The position numbers were made by a program, and so were the translations under genes. A stretch of 64,000 bases of DNA from Dehalococcoidia bacterium (lineage in GTDB: Bacteria > Chloroflexota > Dehalococcoidia > Plut-88900). The notes under the pieces were generated by a model, which searched no databases, was not told the DNA's origin, and saw nothing but the letters and a program-made list of their open reading frames with translations. The stretch spans positions 2,336,001-2,400,000 of the forward strand of contig OZ240219.1 in the NCBI GenBank assembly GCA_965197645.1, read 5' to 3'. This document shows positions 57,076-64,000 of this stretch, in pieces; within the stretch, counting starts at the first letter, position 1; the number at the start of each line of letters is the position of its first letter.

Positions 57076-58767
57076 ATGGGTAGAGCGTTGTCCGCAATGG
57101 ACAAACGAACTGGAGCGGGTTGTTGGCTGGCAGGGTCGTCACTACTTACCCACAGCCTGTGGTTGCTTGCCCTCGCTCTCGGCCTTGTGCTGGTTGCCGC
57201 CGCATGCGGGGAGGCCGAAAGTGTTCCGGACGAGCCCACCTCCTCGTCCGCAGAAGAGCCGGAGAGCGTTCTGGCTGAGCTCACCCCCTCGTACACCGGA
57301 GAACCGGAGGGCGTTTCGTACACACCGACTACCTCGGACGTGCCGAGGGCGGAGCACTCTGCTCCAGATGAGGCACAAACCAGTGACGATGACTCCTCCG
57401 AACTTGTTATGGGTGTATTGCCTCCCGAGTTCTACGGCGCCGGCACTGCTTCGTTGGAGGAGAGGATATACAATTCTGACGTGGTCGTCTGGGCGTACCG
57501 GAACTCCGTTGCGGGCAACGTGCTGGAGTTCACTGTCGAAGAGTACCTGAAGGGGTCTGGACCTGAACCGTCGTTCACTGTCCGGGCCCCCACCGGTGGA
57601 GGGAGCACGACGTGGGACGCGAGGAAAGCGGTGCTCTTCCTGACGGTGGCGCAAAGCGAAACCACAACCCGCTCCTCTGAGAGCCCTACAGTGGATTTCG
57701 TGTTCACGGAGACCGCCGAGTACTACACGGGGCAGCTTCCGGAGGGCTATAGGATAGGCACCCGGAACCCGGTGTGGATTCCCTCGAATACGGTGTCAAG
57801 TACCACAACGAAAAGCACCGATGACACAACGAAAAGCACGGAGGGAACATCGACCGCCAGCGCCGCGTTTATCATAGATTCCCAATCACCTTTGCTCGTT
57901 GCATCCCCCACTATATCCCTGGCGGACATTCGCACCACGATAGCCTGGATTGAAGGGGGCACCAACACTGTTGGGTACGACAGGTGCATTCGGTCTAGCT
58001 TGAACTACCTGAGATACTATCGCGACTGGGAAACGCATCATGGACGTGAGTGGGAGCCGCATCAAGCCGAGCACCAAGTGGCTTCGGGGATAGGGGAGGG
58101 GACCCTCATAGTCGACTATGGACATTATAGCAATCTCGGAAAATACGATGTATCCTGGCTCTCCGGCGACGATGCAGATCTCTTCGAATCGCTGATCGTG
58201 GATGACGACGAAGTGGCGTCCAACGGATACGGCGTGGTCATCGCGACGGCCCGGCCTCTGCCCAGCGGTATGTACGAGTTTGTGGATCACTCGCAGGGGA
58301 GCCAATTTCTCCCGTGCGGATTCATGCCTGAAAACAATAGGCTGTTATGGGTAGTAACGGTGACCTCGCCTCCAGGCACGGTCCACGAGGCCTTCTTCGA
58401 CCCGGCGGCCCTGACACCCGGCGTGGGGTTCTCGGCCACCTCCGGCGTTCTGGACCCCGCCACCTTCTCCATTGGCGGGACCTCCACCTCCATTACGGGG
58501 CTCAGGTGGGCCAGCAATGCCGTCGTCATGACCCTCTCCCCCTACGTGTCCCTATCGGGCCAGGCCGTTGATTTCACCGAGTTGGACGGCTCCGTCGGCT
58601 TGTCTCTGACCGCTTCATCGGCGACGGCGAACAGCACGGCCGGGACGCTGACTTGGAGCGTGTCGGAACAGCCGTGGGAGGACGGAGACCAGCTCATGCT
58701 GCGTATAGGCGTCCCTCCACCGGCGATATCTTTGAATGACGTGGCCGCCTCTGTGACCGAACCCTGA
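57076..58767 (+). CDS. Hypothetical Ser/Thr-rich surface lipoprotein, possibly C-terminally truncated
   Basis: Lipobox VAAAC, acidic linker, SLEERIYNSDVVV, VHEAFFDP and a beta-rich C-terminus; start uncertain (57076 or 57097). Confidence 0.7.
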   Translation: MGRALSAMDKRTGAGCWLAGSSLLTHSLWLLALALGLVLVAAACGEAESVPDEPTSSSAEEPESVLAELTPSYTGEPEGVSYTPTTSDVPRAEHSAPDEAQTSDDDSSELVMGVLPPEFYGAGTASLEERIYNSDVVVWAYRNSVAGNVLEFTVEEYLKGSGPEPSFTVRAPTGGGSTTWDARKAVLFLTVAQSETTTRSSESPTVDFVFTETAEYYTGQLPEGYRIGTRNPVWIPSNTVSSTTTKSTDDTTKSTEGTSTASAAFIIDSQSPLLVASPTISLADIRTTIAWIEGGTNTVGYDRCIRSSLNYLRYYRDWETHHGREWEPHQAEHQVASGIGEGTLIVDYGHYSNLGKYDVSWLSGDDADLFESLIVDDDEVASNGYGVVIATARPLPSGMYEFVDHSQGSQFLPCGFMPENNRLLWVVTVTSPPGTVHEAFFDPAALTPGVGFSATSGVLDPATFSIGGTSTSITGLRWASNAVVMTLSPYVSLSGQAVDFTELDGSVGLSLTASSATANSTAGTLTWSVSEQPWEDGDQLMLRIGVPPPAISLNDVAASVTEP

Positions 58768-58900
58768 CCTGCCATTGAGCGACAGAGACCACCTGGACTC
58801 CCTCGATGCTGGGTTCCGATACAGACTCACTATAGGAGGACTGGGGCCTATCTCCCGGATTGATCCCTCCCACCCAGAGCGGTAACAGCAATAGAGGTTT

Positions 58901-60523
58901 CTAGTACCTCTGGAACAGCAGTTCGCCGTCCACGTAGGTCTCCAGCACGTCTATGTCCCGGATGAACTCCGGATTCACCGCGGTCGGATCGTGGCTCAAC
59001 ACCACCATATCGGCGCGCTTCCCCACCTCCAGCGAACCGGTCTCGTTCTCCCTGAACACCGCTTTGGCAGCGTTGATGGTGTACATTCGTAGACCTTCGA
59101 GGGGAGTTACCGCTTCGTCCGCCTGAACCACCCGTCCATCTCGCCGGGTCCTTCTCGTCACCATGGCGTAGAGACCGAGCAGAGGTTCCATCGGGGCGCA
59201 GGGGTAGTCTGAGCTTGCTGAGACCGACAGGCCCTCGTCCAGCATCGATCGGAATGGCTCCACCTTTGCACCCGTCCCCGCCTCCTGAGCCGTCTTTTCC
59301 TGGAGATCGGCGAAGGCATAAATGAAGGGCGGTTGAACGGAGGGAATGACCTCCAACGCCTTTGCTCGCTTGAGCTGCTCGGGCAGAGGTAGTGAGAAGT
59401 GCTCGAGGCGGAACCTGGGATCGGAGCGAGGGTGCTCTCGTTGCGCCTTCTCGAACGCGTTGAGGGCCTGCTCCACGCTCCAAGTGCCAAGGCAGTGGAT
59501 GGCGACCTGCAGGCCCCGCTTATGGGCCGACATCACCAGCAGGTCCACCTCTTCCTGGCTGTAGTATCGCTCCCCGAAGTGCTGGACCTGACCGTGGGAG
59601 TCCCTCCGGATCATGGCGCCGCTGGGGAACACGGGGTCCATGAATATCTTCATGGTACCGGCCCGCAGCCTGTCTGAAACGTCCTCGGCATCGATTTCGC
59701 CGCCTGCTACCTGTTGAGGCGTGGCATAGAACAGTTCGCCGCCCAGAAGCTGTCTGATGACGATGGGGAGCTTGTTTTGTTCATCGGTCATGCGGTACAT
59801 CTTGCTGGCTATGGGCATGGTGAGCGCGTCGCCGATCCCCGTGACTCCACAGGCCAGATGTCTCTGGCAGTTGCGGCGCACCAGGTCGGCTACCCCGTCC
59901 CCGTATCGGTCTATGTGGGCCTTCATCGACAGGTAGTGGACCTGGTTCATCGCCCGTTCCCACAGCGCGCCGTCCGGATCTCCCTTATCGTCCTTTCGGA
60001 TCCAGCCGCAAGACGGATCGGGCGTATTCTTGTTGATTCCGGCCAGAGCCAAGGCTTCCGAGTTGGCGTAGCAGGCGTGATATGACTGGTCCATTATGCA
60101 GACCGGGTTCCTGGGAGCGACCTCGTCCATCCGCCATCGGCTGAGTGTTTCGGGGCCCTGAAGCGAAGTCGATAAGTTGTAGTTGAAGCCGGTCCCCCAG
60201 ATCCACTGGCCGTCCGGCGCATCTTTGGCCGCTGCGCCGATGGCCTCCAGCACGCTTTTGACGCTTCCATGAGGCGGCACCCGGCAGTCCACAGATACCG
60301 GATCGAAGGTGGTCATGCTGAAGTGGTTGTGCGGATCGATAATGCCGGGTATGACGGTCCGACCGGCCAGGTGCACCACCCGTGTTTCAGGGCCGATATG
60401 GCTATTTATTTCCGAGGTGCTGCCGATTGCGGCAAACTTACCTTCTTTAACGGCTACTGCCTCCGCGGTCCGATCCAGAGCATCCATCGTCAGGACCTTG
60501 CCGCCGGTCAAGACCATGTCCAT
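58901..60523 (-). CDS. Amidohydrolase family 3 (YtcJ-like)
   Basis: Motifs GRTVIPGIIDPHNH, AIHCLG, RLEH, SSDYP and GSLEVGKRADMVVL. Confidence 0.9.
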   Translation of the reverse strand: MDMVLTGGKVLTMDALDRTAEAVAVKEGKFAAIGSTSEINSHIGPETRVVHLAGRTVIPGIIDPHNHFSMTTFDPVSVDCRVPPHGSVKSVLEAIGAAAKDAPDGQWIWGTGFNYNLSTSLQGPETLSRWRMDEVAPRNPVCIMDQSYHACYANSEALALAGINKNTPDPSCGWIRKDDKGDPDGALWERAMNQVHYLSMKAHIDRYGDGVADLVRRNCQRHLACGVTGIGDALTMPIASKMYRMTDEQNKLPIVIRQLLGGELFYATPQQVAGGEIDAEDVSDRLRAGTMKIFMDPVFPSGAMIRRDSHGQVQHFGERYYSQEEVDLLVMSAHKRGLQVAIHCLGTWSVEQALNAFEKAQREHPRSDPRFRLEHFSLPLPEQLKRAKALEVIPSVQPPFIYAFADLQEKTAQEAGTGAKVEPFRSMLDEGLSVSASSDYPCAPMEPLLGLYAMVTRRTRRDGRVVQADEAVTPLEGLRMYTINAAKAVFRENETGSLEVGKRADMVVLSHDPTAVNPEFIRDIDVLETYVDGELLFQRY

Positions 60524-60699
60524 AGCATCCCTCCAGGAAACGTAGAAGAACCGGTGACCTTACCTTTCGAAGAAATCAACTGGCGGTGAGATTGCGCGTT
60601 CTGATCACAGCCGAATAGTCGAATTGCCGGACCTATCTCACCGTGCCCGGATGCACGGCGCCAGGTCGTAGCTAACCCCGGGCCAACCGCTCGCCTATC

Positions 60700-62094
60700 C
60701 TACAGTTCCGGCTTCTGCCACCCGCCCGTCAACGTCTCGATGTGCTGTGCCACCGCCAGCGCCACATCGTCCCGCCAGGGACGGGTTACAACCTGCACTC
60801 CTATGGGCAACCCTTCGGGCGACGTCCCTGCGCGCACGATGGCGGCGGGCCATCCCGTCATGTTGTAGGCGGAGGTGTAGGTTAGTCCTCGTATCGCATC
60901 CGTATCGTAGGTCACGCCGTGAGGGGGCGCCGGGTATGCGATGGATGGACAGATGATCACATCGTAGTTCCCCAGGAATGAGGTCATTTCGCTGCGGTAC
61001 TCGTCCAGGTCGACGTGACGCAAGGCGAACTCGGTAGCGGAAACCTCGAAACCTCGCCAGAACTCGATGTAGGAGGTCGCCATTCCGTGGACTTCAGTGG
61101 TCCCGACCTCTTCCAGAAGCGCCTCTATCACCCCCGCACTGTGGGCGCCCCAGAAGGCGTTCTCCACGTCGTAGGTCTTTTCAATCCCCGTCGGCCTGGC
61201 CTCCTCCATCTCCATACCCGCGTCCGCCAGCTGGTGGGCTATCCTGGTGACCGTCTCCGCGGTCTCGGGAGTTGGGGTCATAACGCCGTTATCGGTGTGG
61301 AAAGAGCCTCGCAGGCCCTTCAGGTCAACATCCTCAGGATCGCCCAGGGGCATGGGCACGATGGCGGGGTCGGACCAGTCCGGCCCGGACAGGAAGGGCA
61401 TGGTCAGGGTCAGGTCCTCCACGTAGCGGGACATCGGTCCTATCTGGAACAGAGAGTCCACCGCCCCGTTCAGCCGGGGGTAATGCCCCGTACGGGGCAC
61501 CCTGCAAGAGGTCGGCTTGATGCCGGCGATGCCGCAGTAGTGGGCCGGGATCCGTATGCTGCCGCCGATGTCGCTGCCGAGGCCCACCGGCGAGCCGCCC
61601 GCCGCGATCAAGGCGCCCTCGCCGCCGCTGCTGCCTCCCGGCGTTCGATCCAGCCCGTAGGGGTTATTAGTCCGGCCGTAGACCAGGTTGTCCGACTCGC
61701 CGGCCAAGGCCAACTCGGGCACGTTGGTCTTGCCTATCAGTATCCCGCCGGCTCCCCTCATCCGCGCCACGACCTCCGAGTCCTTGTCCGGGACGTAGGA
61801 AGCCCTTCCCAGGGTGCCTCCGGTGCAGATGACACCCTCGCTCTCGATGTTGTCCTTGACCGTGAAAGGTACGCCATGCAGGGGCCCCAGGACATCACCC
61901 CGGGCCAGCGCCTCATCCGCTTCGCGGGCCTGCTCCCGGCCCGTATCGCTTATCGTCTGGACCACCGCGTTGAGCGTGGGGTTCACCTCCTCGATACGCT
62001 GGAGATGAGCGTTGACTAGCTCCTCCGAAGAGACCCTCTTTTGCCGGATTTCCCGGGCCATTGTCGCCGCCGACTCGTAGATCAAATCGTCCAT
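60700..62094 (-). CDS. Amidase (amidase signature family)
   Basis: Motifs GVPFTVKD, GGSSGG and GSDIGGSIRIPA. Confidence 0.93.
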   Translation of the reverse strand: MDDLIYESAATMAREIRQKRVSSEELVNAHLQRIEEVNPTLNAVVQTISDTGREQAREADEALARGDVLGPLHGVPFTVKDNIESEGVICTGGTLGRASYVPDKDSEVVARMRGAGGILIGKTNVPELALAGESDNLVYGRTNNPYGLDRTPGGSSGGEGALIAAGGSPVGLGSDIGGSIRIPAHYCGIAGIKPTSCRVPRTGHYPRLNGAVDSLFQIGPMSRYVEDLTLTMPFLSGPDWSDPAIVPMPLGDPEDVDLKGLRGSFHTDNGVMTPTPETAETVTRIAHQLADAGMEMEEARPTGIEKTYDVENAFWGAHSAGVIEALLEEVGTTEVHGMATSYIEFWRGFEVSATEFALRHVDLDEYRSEMTSFLGNYDVIICPSIAYPAPPHGVTYDTDAIRGLTYTSAYNMTGWPAAIVRAGTSPEGLPIGVQVVTRPWRDDVALAVAQHIETLTGGWQKPEL

Positions 62095-62148
62095 ATCACG
62101 CTCCTCCTGGCCTTGCCTTTCTCAGCTTTGCGCCACCGGTGATCGCTT

Positions 62149-63279
62149 TCAGTTCGTGGAGAACCCGTACAGCTTGGCGGCGTTGCCCCCTACGATCTTC
62201 CGTTTGTCCTCTTCGGATATCCCCCGGAACGTCTCCTCGATAACCTCTCGGGAGTGGGGGAACGTGCCCTCGTCGTGGGGGTAGTCGCTTCCCCACATCA
62301 TGCGATCGGCCCCTGTGTACTCGATGTTGTGCAGCCCAATCGGGTCGTCGCCGAAGGTGATGTAACCCTGGCGCTTGAAGTACTCGCTGGGCCTCATCTG
62401 GAGTTTGGGTACGTGCCACATGTGCCTGCGGTCGTAGATATCGTCGAGGGCGTACAGCGCCCAGGCCAGCCATCCGGTCCCGCATTCCACCAGCACGAAC
62501 TTCATCTCCGGATACCGGTCCAACGCACCCGAGCCGCTCAGCAGCAGCAGCGGGTTCATCCCTTCGGCCATGCCCTGCACCAACCCAATCAACTCCTCGC
62601 CGTCCTCCTGCCTCCCCCCACCTGTCCGTTGCAGGTCCTCGACGGAAAAGGGATCGCTGCTGGTGAACACGTGGAAGCTCAGCGGGATTCCCATTTCTTG
62701 TACTGCGGACCACAGCGCATCATAGTCCTTCTTGTTGTACGGACGGGATGGCCTGCTCACGGGCACCGACACCGACCGGTACTCTTGCTTGCCCGCTCTC
62801 TTCACCTCGCCGATGGCCGACTCTATATCGATGGTGGGAATCATGGCCGATATGACGAACGTGTCGTTGTGGTCTCCAAACAGATCGAAGTAGTAGTTGT
62901 TGTAGAGCTGGGCCATGGCCATCTGGAATCCCGGGTCCGGCGAAGCGAAGACCTTGAACATGCCGTTGGGGTAGATTACCTCGGCGTTCACGCCGTCATC
63001 GTTGATATCGGCCAACCGCTTGGGAATGTCGATGCCGAAGTTGCCCGCGGTGATCTTGCTGTCTCCCTGTTGGCGGAACCCCTTTCGCCAGTCCTCTTCG
63101 TTCAGGGGATTGGCGGGCTCGACGTGAAGGATTGCCTGGCCATCGACAATCAGCCAGGTGGTGCCGTCTATAACTTGGAATTGCGGCCTGCGGTCCCGAT
63201 ACTCCGATGGCAGGTTGTCGTATATCTCGTCGGGGTCCTCAACGTGGGAATCGGCCGAGATGACCTTGTAGTCCGCCAT
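62149..63279 (-). CDS. Amidohydrolase family 2 protein
   Basis: Motifs ISADSH, SFHVFT, VECGTGW and WGSDYPHDE. Confidence 0.9.
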   Translation of the reverse strand: MADYKVISADSHVEDPDEIYDNLPSEYRDRRPQFQVIDGTTWLIVDGQAILHVEPANPLNEEDWRKGFRQQGDSKITAGNFGIDIPKRLADINDDGVNAEVIYPNGMFKVFASPDPGFQMAMAQLYNNYYFDLFGDHNDTFVISAMIPTIDIESAIGEVKRAGKQEYRSVSVPVSRPSRPYNKKDYDALWSAVQEMGIPLSFHVFTSSDPFSVEDLQRTGGGRQEDGEELIGLVQGMAEGMNPLLLLSGSGALDRYPEMKFVLVECGTGWLAWALYALDDIYDRRHMWHVPKLQMRPSEYFKRQGYITFGDDPIGLHNIEYTGADRMMWGSDYPHDEGTFPHSREVIEETFRGISEEDKRKIVGGNAAKLYGFSTN

Positions 63280-63489
63280 ATCCGCCTCCGATCCAACTTT
63301 AGCTGGTCGTGTGCTTAATTTTGGTCTTTGCTGGCCGTGTGTATAACTCAGAGCCGCCGGGAAGGCTATCCTAGGCCAAACCAGTCAAGGTTGCAATCCT
63401 TCGACGGTACTGATGTATGATAGGGTCGCTTTCCACAGCAGACGAACGCTGCGATGACGAAGACCCAACACATCAACCGGGAGGGACCA

Positions 63490-64000
63490 ATGACCAGGAA
63501 AAGAATCGGCGTGGATGCTGCGGGCGCAAACGCCAACGAGCTAGTGGCCCACATCAAGGAGTTGGAGTCCATCGGAATAGAGGCCACCTGGCTTACCACC
63601 GGCGGCGCCGGCCTAGATGCGTTATCCGTATTCGCTGCCGCCGGCGCCCAGACCCAACGGATACTCATGGCGACCGGCATTACGCCCACGTGGCCCCGCC
63701 ATCCCGTCGCCGCCATACAGCAGGTCCAGGTCATAGCCCAGCTTGCTCCCGGCCGGTTTCGGTTTGGGGTTGGGCCCAGCTCCAGGGACGGCATGGAGGA
63801 CATGTTCGGCGCCGACTTCCGGGCGCCGGTCACCAACGTTAAGGAGTACGTCCAGGTCTGCAAATCGCTGCTGCAGGAGGGATCGGTAGACTTCCAGGGC
63901 ACTCAGTACACGGCCAGGGCCGAGATAGAGCCGATACCCGATGTCCCGATAATGGCGTCCGCCCTGGGCAGGGGAGCCTTCAAGGCCTGTGGTCAGGTCG
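63490..64000 (+). CDS. LLM-class (probably F420-dependent) oxidoreductase; runs off the window
   Basis: Read by hand: MTRKRIGV...DALSVFAAAGAQTQRILMATGITPTWPRHPV...APGRFRFGVGPS; RBS GGAGGG. Confidence 0.85.
   Translation, partial: MTRKRIGVDAAGANANELVAHIKELESIGIEATWLTTGGAGLDALSVFAAAGAQTQRILMATGITPTWPRHPVAAIQQVQVIAQLAPGRFRFGVGPSSRDGMEDMFGADFRAPVTNVKEYVQVCKSLLQEGSVDFQGTQYTARAEIEPIPDVPIMASALGRGAFKACGQV

Overview
This is a GC-rich, gene-dense chromosomal window of about 54 CDSs. I found no rRNA, tRNA, CRISPR array, transposase or phage gene. The content points to a Chloroflexota/Dehalococcoidia, SAR202-like heterotroph (inferred from gene content, not from a marker gene): nine Amidohydro_2-type TIM-barrel proteins, five luciferase-like (LLM) oxidoreductases, two GMC oxidoreductases, NHL/SMP-30 propellers, an acyl-CoA carboxylase pair, a DUF1800-DUF1501 pair, a Liv-type ABC transporter and several orphan lipoprotein solute-binding proteins. 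The best leads are: (1) an AT-richer DUF5677/HEPN-like gene whose promoter has a perfect GAAC-N4-GTTC LexA box between -35 and -10, followed by a nucleoside deoxyribosyltransferase-family gene; (2) a solitary two-domain ectoine-synthase-like protein with altered substrate residues, upstream of three amidohydrolases and an amino-acid binding protein; (3) a near-identical tandem duplication of a solute-binding gene with two diverged promoters and a long structured leader; (4) enzymes with substituted catalytic motifs (GATase HPE->EPQ, amidohydrolase SDYPH->SRYPN); (5) a GMC oxidoreductase that needs a non-canonical ATA/ATC start; (6) a decayed cytochrome P460-family remnant; (7) a dispersed MITE-like repeat. 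Family calls are from motif recognition by eye; no database search was run.
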